This document shows positions 26,915-38,980 of a stretch of 64,000 nt of DNA, piece after piece (position 1 is the first letter of the stretch; each line of letters opens with the position of its first letter). The DNA is from Octopus sinensis. Its lineage: Eukaryota. The translations under genes were made by a program, and so were the position numbers. Under the pieces are notes generated by a model. That model did no database searches and was not told the origin of the DNA. It worked only from the letters and a program-made list of their open reading frames with translations. The DNA is taken from NCBI RefSeq assembly GCF_006345805.1, contig NC_043000.1:36022001-36086000 (forward strand). The letters are read 5' to 3'.

Positions 26915-27300
26915 CTAGCAGTATCACCCGGCGTTGCTCGGGTTTGTAAGGGAAATAACTATATAAGCATTTTTAGAGAGTTATAGCCAAAAAATAGGAA
27001 AAAAATGCATTAAAAATTGAAAAAATTTTTTTTTTAAATCGTTGACACATCGTAGATATTTTTAGAGAGTTACTTCCCTTATATAATAACGAAAAATATG
27101 CATTAAAATGGAAAAATATGATGGTAAATTTTTTTAAATCGTAGACTCATCGTAGACGCGCGCTAATACCCAGAAGGGCTCGATATGAATCACGACTATA
27201 AGATACCCGCTTTTGGTTAAACTGCACCGCAAAATGTGGGAGTAGTTACGAATCTAAATCGTAGGAGACAGACACACAACTTCACTCTTATATATAAAGA
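26915..27300 (-). mobile_element. Complete non-autonomous Helitron (family 1)
   Basis: Minus strand: A|TCTTTATATATAAG ... cccgagcaacgccggg hairpin ... CTAG|T. Canonical TC start, CTAG end and AT target. Confidence 0.85.
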
Positions 27301-27430
27301 TATAAGCCACGTAGTTATATACACATACTTTGTTATATACACATACTTTGTTATATACACATTCTTAAAAGAAAATGTTATTTTGAACACAACATTTACA
27401 AATAATAAAATATGTTTTGGTTTTTCTTAA

Positions 27431-28247
27431 CCCTTTCGTTACTATATTTCTGACCAAAATACACCCCTTATGTGTTTCAATTAATTTCTAACGTAATCAT
27501 AAATTTAGTCTGGTTTCATTAAACAACTATAACTTTTTTATTCATGAATATATTAATCTGATTTTTGGAAGATAATTTAGTGAAATGTTCTCAACCAATT
27601 CTATACTATAATTTTTGTCACAAAGTGACTCTAATTGCAGGTAGATACAGGTAATTCAACAATATATAAAATTATTAAAATTTTGTTCAAACATCGCTAT
27701 AGAAAATGGGTTATTAGCTAATATTCAATTGGGTATACAACAAAATTTTACGATAGAATTTGTTATTCTGGGTAACTTTCTAATACCCATAATAATATTT
27801 ATGGCAAAATAGGCCTTAATTTCATTTAAGGTTGTGGGAAATAACAAACTATCGTTTCTTTCGCTTTGTTTAGGTTGAGATCAAATACCACATGCTTTTT
27901 TTTTTCAGTCATAGAGTTAGATTTATGAAGGTCTTCAGTAAAATCCTTCGAATTCTGACTCGCTGCTTGATATAATGAAATTCGTATCCATTTTTTGTCA
28001 GAATTACAAATTTGAAACACAATAGGAACAAATTTCGGGAAAAAATCTCCCATAATTCACGGAATTAAAATTACACTTCGATTTTTGTACAAAACTGTAG
28101 TTGAACTGTTTACGAAGTATAATACGTGTTTTCACGAATGTTCTAAAGAGATTTACTCTGATATTCTCATTTAAATATGAATAGGTAAATTCGGGCGGCT
28201 TGGTCACATTAACCAAAATTTTTTTCGGGCGGTTGGTAACGAAAGGG
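27431..28247. mobile_element. piggyBac-type non-autonomous element (817 bp)
   Basis: TTAA|CCCTTTCGTTAC ... GTAACGAAAGGG|TTAA: perfect 12-bp TIRs and TTAA duplication. Confidence 0.85.
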
Positions 28248-28651
28248 TTAAACGGATGCATACATTTATTAATAACTATATATAAGTGTCGTCTGTTTAT
28301 ACATAACACTGTTTCATACTGCAATTATATATACATATATCTATATATAATATTATATAATAAAATATATACAGAGTAAAATAAAAACCAATTTACCTTT
28401 TCTGTATTGTTATTCGACCGTCCGTGTGTCTTTGCAAATGTGTTGGAATGATAAGTGAGTTGTGTTTTGCCGCCTTTTTTTACTAATAACAAACACACAC
28501 GTGTTTGTATGTAGTTGTTTGAAACGTTTGTGTTTGCCACTCTCATATATGTATGTGTATGCGTGTGTGTGAGGAATGACACACACACACTCACGCACGC
28601 ACACATGTACATCAATGCTTTTATGAGCGTCATAGAGAGAAACAAATATTA

Positions 28652-28716
28652 CATCGCCATCGCCATAGCCATCGCCATCGCCATCGCCATAGCCATCGCC
28701 ATAGCCATCGCTATCG
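28652..28716. repeat. (ATCGCC/ATAGCC)n hexanucleotide repeat
   Basis: About 11 units seen directly. Confidence 0.9.
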
Positions 28717-28744
28717 CATTCTATTTTCTACCTGTCAACACACA

Positions 28745-29020
28745 GTGAATTAGTTTCAGTTTATTCATTGCACACTGTGTGTGTGCGTTTGCGTGTGCTG
28801 TAAACCAGACTAATAAAAGCATTTGACACACACACCAGAATGTGAGTTTTCTGTAAATTTTGCTTAATTGGAGTTTAAAATTTAAAAACTGGACCTGGCA
28901 TGACGCGATGCATTGTACTCTTAAAAATTCTAGGTAAATTGTAATTGAAGAAATCCTATATTGTAGATTTGTATAACTCCCAAAGGGAGGCAGATAAAAT
29001 CTGCCTTTTATAATAAGAGA
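28745..29020 (-). mobile_element. Helitron-like family 2, second copy
   Basis: Near-identical reverse complement of 26195-26472 with the same A|TC start. Confidence 0.55.
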
Positions 29021-29159
29021 TACATAAGACAGTAAGGTGTGATTTGAGGGAGATTTGGCTGCTGTTTCTACCAGTTCTGTTAGGCCTTCTCATGTAAACT
29101 CAAGCTTTCTCATGCCTTGAACATAAGACCAAAGCAGAGAATGTATTCTTTTATTCTTC

Positions 29160-29350
29160 TGCTTTTTCCAGCCATTTGTCTGTGGCCATGCTGGGGCAAT
29201 GCCTTGAAGAATTGTAGTTTAAAGAATCAACTCCAGTTTTATTTTTGTAAGCATTGTACTTATTCTATCTGTTTCCTTTGTCAAACCACTAGGTGACAGG
29301 GATGTAAACAAACCAACATTCGTTGTCAAGCAGTGGTGGAGGACAATCAC
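29160..29350 (-). mobile_element. SINE family A 3' part
   Basis: ccatgctggggca and ttgtcaagcagtggtgg match the reverse complement of the family A tail. Confidence 0.7.
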
Positions 29351-29398
29351 AAGCACAGACACGCACACACACACACATACGTGCATACACATATACAC

Positions 29399-29433
<35 letters not shown>

Positions 29434-29457
29434 TATATATATGTGTGTATATATATA

Positions 29458-29716
29458 TTGCAGCGTGGAAGGTGTTTGTAAGCCATTTAAGAAACACACA
29501 AAAACCGTTACATTCACTTCAACATTTAAATTTAATTTGCCAAAATATTTTCGTCGCTTTGAGACCGCGACCTGTTCACTGACAAAAATATCGTGCTAAC
29601 AGGTCGCGGTCTCAAAGCGACGAAAATATTTTGACAAATTAAATTTAAATGTTGAAGTGAATCTAACGGTTTTTGTGTGTTTCTTAAATGGCTTATAAAC
29701 ACCTTCAACGCTGCAA
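29458..29716. repeat. Foldback element: 119-bp arms, 21-nt loop (MITE-like)
   Basis: ttgcagcgtggaagg..cgcgacctgtt is the reverse complement of aacaggtcgcg..ccttcaacgctgcaa with few mismatches. Confidence 0.85.
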
Positions 29717-29775
29717 CTGTTTTCTTCCAGCACACGATCTCAGATCAAGTCACTTGCTATGCAAGTACATCTCTG

Positions 29776-29822
<47 letters not shown>

Positions 29823-29885
29823 TGGTAAAAACAGTAAGATAACAAAAGAAAGAAAGAGACCTCAATATTATGTAAATAGAGGAAC

Positions 29886-30277
29886 TCTTTATATATAAAA
29901 GTGAGGTTGTGTGTCTGTCTCCTACGATTTAGATTCCTAACTACTCACACATTTTGCGGTGCAGTTTAACCAAAACGGGTATCTTATAGTCGTGATTCAT
30001 ATCGAGACCGTCTGGGTATTAGCGCGCGTCTACGATGAGTCTACGATTTAAAAAAAAATTTACCATCAATTTTTCCCATTTTTAATCCATTTTTGACATA
30101 TATAAGGGAAGTAACTCTCTAAAATTTATTATTAAATCTCAGAACGTAAAAAGCTACAGTAACACCCCTCCCCCTTGTGGTTAGCCATATTGAGATGGCT
30201 ATTATACTTTACATCTCTAAAAATGCTTATATAATTATTTCCCTTACAAATCCGAGCAACGCCGGGCGATACTGCTA

Positions 30278-30278
<1 letters not shown>
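29886..30278 (+). mobile_element. Complete non-autonomous Helitron (family 1), second copy
   Basis: TCTTTATATATAAAAG start, tccgagcaacgccggg hairpin, CTAG|T end; homologous to 26915-27300. Confidence 0.85.
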
Positions 30279-30341
<63 letters not shown>

Positions 30342-30344
30342 ATG

Positions 30345-30708
30345 TAGGCGCAACTGTCTTCTACTATAGCCTCGGGCCGACCAAAGCCTTGTGAGTGGAT
30401 TTGGGAGACGGAAACTGAAAGAAGCCCGTCGTATATATGTATATATCACCTGACCACGTGACCGACCAGACCATCAGATGTAGTTGCACATCGCTGGTCA
30501 CAATGCGTTCGCATTGTTTTAGTCTTCGAATGACGCCACAGAGCAGGCCGACAGAAGAAAGAGTGGCGAAAGAGTACAGCAGGGATCACCCCCCCCCCCT
30601 GTCGGAGCCTCGTGGAGCTTTTAGGTGTTTTCGCTCAATAAACACTCACAACGCCCGGTCTGGGAATCGAAACCGCGATCCTGCCCTAACCACTAGGCCA
30701 TTGCGCCT

Positions 30709-30746
<38 letters not shown>

Positions 30747-30990
30747 TTGGTATAGTTTTCGCTATATATATAGTTTTTGCTATAGTTTTTGCTATATATA
30801 TATATATATTTATGTGTGTATATGTTTGTGTGTCTGTGTTTGTCCCCCAACATCGCTTGACAACTGATAGAATAAGTGCTAGGCTTACAAAGAATAAGTC
30901 CTGGGGTCGATTTGCTCGACTAAAGGCGGTGCTCCAGCATGGCCACAGTCAAATAACTGAAACAAGTAAAAGAGTAAAAGAATATATATA
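30345..30990 (+). mobile_element. SINE family A with a family C SINE nested in its internal microsatellite
   Basis: Central domain at 30345-30432 and tail at 30820-30990 are separated by the family C copy at 30447-30710. Confidence 0.75.
30447..30710 (-). mobile_element. SINE family C, tail variant 3
   Basis: Head ggaggcgcaatggcctagtggttagggcag; tail ..cattgtgaccagcgatgt..ggtctggtcggtcacgtgg. The same tail occurs at 11115-11233 and 11281-11405. Confidence 0.8.
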
Positions 30991-31335
30991 TATATACATA
31001 TATATATATATTTGAACTCGAGTACAGAGCCGACCGAACGGCTTAGCATTTAGTCCGGTGCGTTGGTGATTCTGTCAGCTCTCCTCCTTGGTCAAGGGAG
31101 AAATATAGGTTATATTTACAAGCAGATTATTCATTACTAGCAATCGGACACCAGCTGAGGATAGCAGAGCTACAGGGAGTCAACATTTGCCAATCATTCA
31201 GTCATTCATAGAGATTGCAAATGGCTTCCGTTAATGGTTGTACACCACACACACACACACATGGACATACATACATACATACATACATACGTACATACAT
31301 GCATACATACATACATACATACATACATACATACA

Positions 31336-31369
<34 letters not shown>

Positions 31370-31580
31370 CGTGCGTGTGTCTTTGTATGCCTCACCACCG
31401 CTTGACATCTGATGTTGATGTGGTTTCATCGCCGTAACTTAACAGTTCAGCAAAAAACACCAATGGAATAAGTACTGGGTTTAAAAAATAATAATTTCTC
31501 GGGTCGGTATGTTCAACTAAAATCCTTCAATGCGGTGCCCAGCATGGCCGCAGTCAAATGACTGAAACAAGTAAAAAGGT
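31370..31580 (+). mobile_element. SINE family A 3' part
   Basis: caccaccgcttgaca..aataagtactggg..gcggtgcccagcatggccgcagtcaaatgactgaaacaagtaaaa. Confidence 0.75.
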
Positions 31581-32297
31581 GAGAAAAAATCCCCAAAAGG
31601 TAAATATATATGCCGCCGCTAAAATTGGGGTCAGCATCAAATATTGTGGATCATTTTGGAACCCCAAGTTTATAGAATAAAACTAGGAACGGGCTCTGAG
31701 AGTTTTTTTTTTATTTGGAAACAGCGGTATTTTGTGAGATAATTTGTGGATATGAAGGTGTGAATGGTTAGGCGGTTGTTGTATTGAAAGGTAAGTGCTC
31801 CCTTCTGTGATCAGAAAAATGTACAAGAGGAAAGAGAAATAATAAAGGTGGATAGGTTTAATTTGTCAGGCGTGAATTTGTGTTTGTTAAAATGGCGTTC
31901 ATCGTTGCATAAAGAAATCTTATTCAGAAAGGTCGAGAAGGCTATTAGCAAGCGAAGAACATATGTGTCAGAAATAATAGCACTGACCATTTGTAGGAAT
32001 TTGATGTTTTTCAGCGAATAAATTAGTTATGGCAGGTGAGTGTGGCAGGTAGATGGAGTTGTGAGCGGTGTAGAACAAGAGGTCTAAAATGTGAGTGTTA
32101 GCATGCATTAGAAGAGGAGGAGGAGGAGGAGGAGGGGGAGATGGTGTGAGTATGGGTGTGCGTATGGGAGGTGGAGGAGATGGAGTGCGTATAGTCAGGT
32201 GTAGAAGTATGATCATTGAGGAAAGAAGGAGAGGAGAGAGAGAGAAAGAATAACTGGGCAATGTAAATAGTAGAACAACATGCATAGAGAGAGAGTT

Positions 32298-32329
<32 letters not shown>

Positions 32330-32690
32330 TGAGTGAGTGAGAATGAGAGAGAATTAATTATCGAGAGGCAGATGCACGCATGTATATATATGTGTGTGTG
32401 TGTGTGTATACATATATATACACACACACAAACATACACACACACACACGCACATATATATATATAATTGTGAAAGTGCGTGTGTAAAGATATATATATA
32501 TGTTTCAAGGATTGAATGAAAATACAGGAAACGGAAAATTCCTAGCCAATTCCACATCAGTCTACGTCCAAAACATCATACTAGTTTGGCGCCGTTATCA
32601 TTGAGACTATTCCTTATTTTTACAAATTGGTAAAACAACATAAGGAGTGCGTTGCTTTACATAAATAATAATTCAAGAATTTAATAAAAT

Positions 32691-33110
32691 AGGCGTAGGA
32701 GTGGCTTTGTGGTAAGTAGCTTGCTTACCAACCACATGGTTCCGGGCTCAGTCCCAATACGTGGCAACTTGGGCAAGTGTCTTCTACTATAGCCTCGAGC
32801 CGACCAAAGCCTTGTGAGTAGATTTGGTAGACGGAAACTGAAAGAAGCCCGTCGTATATATGTATATTTACATATATATATATGTATGTGTGTGTGTATG
32901 TTTGTGTGTCTGTGTTTGTCCCCCCAACATCGCTTGACAACCGATACTGGTGTGTTTGTGTCCTCGTAACTTAGCTGTTCGGCAAAAGAGACCGATAGAA
33001 TAAGTACTAGGATTACAAAGAATAAGTCCTGGGGTCGATTTGCTCGACTAAAGGCGGTGCTCCAGCATGGCCACAGTCAAATGACTGAAACAAGTAATAG
33101 AGTAAAGGAA
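32691..33110 (+). mobile_element. SINE family A, full-length reference copy
   Basis: tRNA-like head, central domain, internal (TA)/(TG) microsatellite, tail gcggtgctccagcatggccacagtcaaatgactgaaacaagtaa. Confidence 0.9.
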
Positions 33111-34129
33111 TATTTTTACACCATATTTCATAGTTTCTTCTCATAGAGTCGCTGTGACTAGGCATGTTTATATAACGTACCTTTTGTCTTCAAGCAATCC
33201 ACGGGCTCAGAGAATATGGTTCATTCTTATTATAAATACTATGTACATTAAATGATATGCGCATGGATCAGTGGTTAGGCGTCTGGCTCACGATCAAGAG
33301 GTAGTCAGTTTATTTCACGTTGCTCCAGTTCACTCAATATATAGTGCGTGTGTCCGTTTGGCAACAAAAAAAAAGAAGAAAATGACCGTCCCGAAATACG
33401 AGAATATCTGTTTCAATACACGACTTCACATCAGGAATCTTGCAACAAGAATTCATAAACGTAATAAAATACTGTTTTTATAAAAAAAAAATAGGTTTAG
33501 GTGTTATTGAGAGGAAAGGTTATAAAAAGTCTAAGAAAACGAGAAATTTAGAGAAAAGGTGTTGGAGGTGTGAGACTACAGAAAGTATGAAAACGAATAG
33601 GAATGTTTTAGAAACACTAAGAAATCAAGGGAGGAGCAGTCAGACAGAGATGGGGAAGAGGTTTAGAGCATCCAACTGCGTAGAAGACAGAATAGACGAT
33701 TAAAGGTTCAAAATAATGAATACATGGATAGGAAAGTCAGAACATTAAAACATATCATACGAATAGAATGAAAATAAATGTTGTGGGATAATAACTTCAT
33801 ACGACTAGTATTTGTCATAAGGCCAGTGTTAGTCATAAGACACGTATTAGTCATAGAACTAGTCTTATGATTAGCGTTAGTTACATATCATTATTTCAGG
33901 TAATCAGTGTTCCGCAAATCGATTCTCTTGGTTGAAATATTCCCTAACATAGTTAATTACTTGGTAGTGACTTTAGAAGGTTAATGCTGCCGAATTCTTC
34001 AAGCTAATTGTTTATATAGTTGCATCAGGTGCACAAGGGAATGATGAAGAGCCGAAGTCCGTCAAGACTTTTCGTTAAAACTGTTAACAATTAATAAGTC
34101 ATCTCGCAAGTAATAACGTCACGTTTTCT

Positions 34130-34660
34130 TTTTATCTTTTATTGGTTTCAGCCAGTGGCTGACGCCATGCTGGGGCACCACACTTCACGGTGTTTGGGTT
34201 TCTTTTCTCTACAGTTTCTGGTGAAGTAGCGAGTTAGATGGAGCTGCTTTTCTTTGTGCCTCCAGCCGTAATGCAGGTTCAACTGGTAGCTCAGATAAAA
34301 CTTTGTTCAAACGCTCTTTACAGCTTGAAAATCTCTGAGGTTATTCAGTAGAATGGTGAATAGTTGTGGACCCTTAAAACTCAAACTGTTACAGTACTGG
34401 GTCCTAATTGTAGACAGAGAAGATGGGAGTTTTGGTACTACGCAATGCCGTGATCTTCGGTGGCTAATATTTAGTAAAAGAAGAAAGATATATCCGCTCG
34501 GGGTGAGGAGAAACCAGAGTATATATAGCTTTCAATTCCAGAGTTTGAAGTTAGACCTTCCAGAATCTTCCATATGTATATCACTCTACGACTTTCACGC
34601 CTTCTCTCTAGGGAGCAAAGCTTCGGTTCCTTTAGTCTCGCCCAGTAGCTCCTCTGTTTA
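34130..34660 (-). mobile_element. CR1-like LINE ORF2 C-terminus and 3' UTR
   Basis: SYWARLKEPKLCSLERRRESRRVIYIWKILEGL, then RHCVVPKLPSSLSTIRTQYCNSLSFKGPQLF; ends ggtgccccagcatggcg..ctgaaaccaataaaaga. Confidence 0.8.
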
Positions 34661-35184
34661 ACCGAATCAATCTTTTCTAAAACAGTTATTTCAGAATGCC
34701 AAGGTTAAGGCAATGAATCACATTTTAAAAAACTATTCTTTCCTAATATTTGTTAAAATTTCTTTAAAATCATTAAAAATGTTTCCTTAGCTATCATTTT
34801 CGATGTCTAAGAGACCAGCGACAACAGTAAAATATATTTTCGCTATTTATATGTTATTTTCCTCTGTCAAAATATTTACATTTAATTTTTTTGCTTTCCG
34901 AAATTGATGAATGATTGCTTTTATATAAATACAGTGTAAAGAAATAAATACTTACATAATGTTTGGCAAAAAAATCTCATAAGAGATTTGGCTCGTTGTT
35001 TTTAATGATTGTGCTCACAATTATATAGAATAATTGAAAGGTTCTGCTATGATGATATTAAGTGAAAAGAAAGACTATGCGAAAAAAGAAAACACATTTT
35101 ATTGAATTCTTCGTTTAATAGCCAGCGATTCGCACAGAAAGTCATTGCGACTATTTAGGAAAATGACTAGGAAATCATTCTGCT

Positions 35185-35400
35185 TGATTTTCGGCAGAAT
35201 GGTATGAAATATTCGAAACACATAGAGAAATCATTAAGAGGAAGAGACCGAGCAAGAATCTGAACGCGATTCCCATTCACCAATACAATACGCGACTACT
35301 CAGATCTTCGGTACCAAATCTGGCAATCGATAAACTGGGTTGGACAGTAGTTCCCTATCCATGAATATAGTGACCACTTCAAAGTATTTATGGAAATCTT
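35185..35400 (+). mobile_element. Degenerate mariner transposase DDD-domain fragment
   Basis: IIKRKRPSKNLNAIPIHQYNTRLLRS..AIDKLGWTVVPYP corresponds to the mariner HQDNARPH..LGWEVLPHP pattern. Confidence 0.7.
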
Positions 35401-36910
35401 TCAGTTATTCATCAACTTTTAAAACTGCTTTATGAGCAGACGTCTTCTCTGCTTTTGTGTGTTCTACATTATAATACCGAAAAATATTAGAACTATTTTT
35501 TTTTTGAAACCAATCAAATCTCAATGACTAATCATACTTCAATATATTTACGAATATTTGCCCCTTTTCAATCGTATGAATAATCGGTAACGTGAAATGC
35601 AAAATAACAAATTTAGAAGCTTCAGCTTCCCTTCACAGTAAACTTATGCATATTTTTTACATCGTCTATCAGAATTTATCTACAGATATAAATATATCAC
35701 ACACACACACACACGCGCGCGCAACACATATATAAGTATGTGTGTATTTATGTGTATACATACATATGCACACATTGACACATGCACACACACATATATG
35801 TATGTGCATGCGTGCATATATATATATACATATACGTATGCATTTATGTGTGTGTATGTATCTATATATGTATGCATGTATGTGTGTGTGTATGCAAGTT
35901 TGAATTCAATAACCACAAAAAAGCTACGTTCATATTGACACTGGTTTCCGAACCTTGCAGGAAGATCAATGCTTCCCATAAATTTCTTTGTTTTTATTGG
36001 ACTAAAACTCTCTTTCAAACATCTTAAATGTAAATCTGCCACATTTCCATGTCTGTTTAGTTTGCGATAACTGATAACCACCGTCACATGTACATGCACA
36101 CAACCATCCGCAAACCGCTACCAACCAATCGGATCCGTCCACTCCTCTCTCTCCCTCCATTTATCAATATTTACAACTACAGAGCCTGCTATTCACCCAT
36201 CAGGTGAAGCAAGCTGGTATTTATTTACTATTCCACTTAAATTTATGATAACAAAAATTTCATTGATGTCATGAGAGACAAACGGTCGCTCTGTTTAAAA
36301 CTACCAAAATGGCGACGCTTAAACGGTGCACCGATCTAATCACTTCGATGTGTTCTCTGCAATATTTTGATTGAAGAGCTCATTTTCTTTCGGAATTTTA
36401 TTATTAAATTGTCATGTCTATCTTCATAAATGGACTGAGTTATCAATAAAATCCACATTTATACAAACCTGCCCGAAACTAAGTTTTCGTTGTCTATCGT
36501 TCACTCTCGTTCGGTTTCTGTTTCTGTGGAGAACGGAAAGGGAGAAAAGCATGAAAGACATATTAGATCGGTTAATCTTGAGTCCCCACAAGCGGTAAGA
36601 ATTGTCAAGGTTGGAACGACGTTGGTCATTAGTTTTCTCGATCAAGATGCACCTGATCATAAGCAACGAAACGAGTAGAAATGCATCGTTATGTGAGCCA
36701 ATGTAGTTAAGTACTTCTCAAGCATTTTTAACAATTTCCCCTCTGTCTTGTTTTAAACAATTGCCCTCTGTCTTTTATTAGCATCCATCCAACACTCCCT
36801 TGTTAAAATTCTACAAAACAAAATACTTACATGAAATTGGCTGCGTGTAACGGCTTAACCACTAGGCCGAGTGATTACTCCTCGCTTCTGTGATTAGAAA
36901 ACTATACAAA

Positions 36911-36953
<43 letters not shown>

Positions 36954-37204
36954 AAGGTTGATAAGTTTAATATGTCAGGCGTGAATCTGTGCTTGTTAAA
37001 ATGATGTTCATTGTTGCATACAGAAATTTTATTGAGAATGGTTGCGAAGGTAATTAGAAAGCGAAGAACATTTGTAGCGGGAAAAAGGCAAAGTCGACCC
37101 AAGCGGAATTTGAACGTAAAGACAGACGAAGTGCCGATAAATATTTCTCACAGCGTGCTAACCTTTCTGCCTGTCCACCGCCTTAGTTTAGTGACATATT
37201 ATTC

Positions 37205-37418
37205 GTTTCTACTCTAGGCACAAGGCCTTAAAGTTTTGTGGAGGAGGCCAGTCGATTACATCGATCCCAGTATGCAACTGGTACTTAATTTATTGAACCC
37301 GAAAGGAAAAAAGGCAAAGTCGACCTCGGCGGAATTTGAACTCAGGACGTAAAGACAGATGAAACACCGCTAAGCCTTTCGCCCGGCGCGCTAATCATTC
37401 TGCCAGTTCACCGCCTTA
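37205..37418 (-). mobile_element. SINE family B
   Basis: ggcaaagtcgacctcggcggaatttgaactc..ttctgccagttcaccgcc; a second partial copy lies at 37060-37180. Confidence 0.85.
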
Positions 37419-37819
37419 GCTTACTGTCACATTATTATGAGTTCACTTCTCTCTTGCTTCATTGTTTCTTTTACTATTTTTTTTCATTTATATCATAAAA
37501 CAGACAACAATAAACTCTACCTTATGTTACTCTGCGCTCTGAGAATTAGTTACCTGTAATATTCTGCGGTTGATTAAATCTACTATAAGCCATCTTTTAA
37601 ACGAAAAAAAAAGTATCTTGTGGTTTAGAAACTGATTTAGCGTACGAATATACGCTTGCATGGTTTAAACCTTGAGACAGACACTTGTTTATTGGTTAAA
37701 ATCGATGATTTATAGACATCGAGTGAACCCATAAATTATTTGCCAGTAAAGTGTTGCCACGAGGTTAATTTCATGAAAAACCCAATTTTATTTTCTAAAA
37801 AATATCGATATAAGAGCAG

Positions 37820-37980
37820 GCGTTGCCGTGTGGTAAAATTTTGTTTCCCAAATACATGGTTACGGGTTCAGTCCCTCTGCGTGGCACCTTGGGCAAGTGT
37901 CTTCTATTATAGCGTCGGGCCGAACGAAGCCTTGTGAGTAGATTTGGTAGACGGAAACTGAACGAAGCCCGTCGTATATA
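37820..37980 (+). mobile_element. SINE family A head and central domain
   Basis: gtggcaccttgggcaagtgtcttctattatagcgtcgggccgaacgaagccttgtgagtagatttggtagacggaaactg. Confidence 0.85.
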
Positions 37981-37989
37981 TACATACAT

Positions 37990-38150
37990 ATTGGAGCTCT
38001 GGGATATGTAACACACTGCCTATATACCAATCTTGAGAAATTAGGCTTCTCAAATCCAGAAAGGAGAAAGCTAATTCGAAGACTACAGATCCAGTCCATC
38101 ACTGGAACTGTAAAAATCTGCAAAAACTTTGCAGAAGTTTATCATTCGTC
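37990..38150 (+). mobile_element. RLE-type non-LTR retrotransposon C-terminus, third copy
   Basis: GALGYVTHCLYTNLEKLGFSNPERRKLIRRLQIQSITGTVKICK. Confidence 0.75.
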
Positions 38151-38324
38151 AGGTGTCGAAGTGCACCTAGTCAGACAACGTCGATTTGATGTGCGGCACG
38201 GACATTTGATCATTATAAACAAATCATTCGCGCTGGTCGTTCGGAAAAAGCTGAATTCTCATTCGCCATCTTGGCCGGAAGAGTCCTTCATTTATATACA
38301 TTCATACATACATACATACATACA

Positions 38325-38391
<67 letters not shown>

Positions 38392-38932
38392 ATATATATA
38401 TATATTATATATATATATACATATAATAACAATATAACAAAACATAATAAAATACACAGATAAACAATGGAATTAAATAACGATATACGTTAACAAAATT
38501 AAAATAAATTGAAATACAAAAAAAAATGAAAGAAAAGAAAAAAGAAAGAAAAAATAATAAGTTGGTATAAACACGTGAACAAAATAAATAAAAACAAATT
38601 AAACGAACGTGTATAAACAGGGGATGCAGATAATACAGGCACTCCCCCCATACACATACACACTCACTAAACATAGACATGCATAGAAATATACGCATGC
38701 GCAAATAAAGACACATACTACAAAATCCAAAATGGTTGATCGTTAGTAAGGAAAGGCACAGAAATAAGAAAGAAGAAAGCAAAGGACCACTGATCAGGTC
38801 ACAGAAGTGTGACGAAAGAACTCTGAACGAAATACGATTAATATAAAAAAAATAAAGCTGAAGCAAATTAACACCAAATGTATAGTGCGTGTGTTTTTAT
38901 CGGCTAAACTGACAACATAATCATCCCCAAAT

Positions 38933-38980
<48 letters not shown>

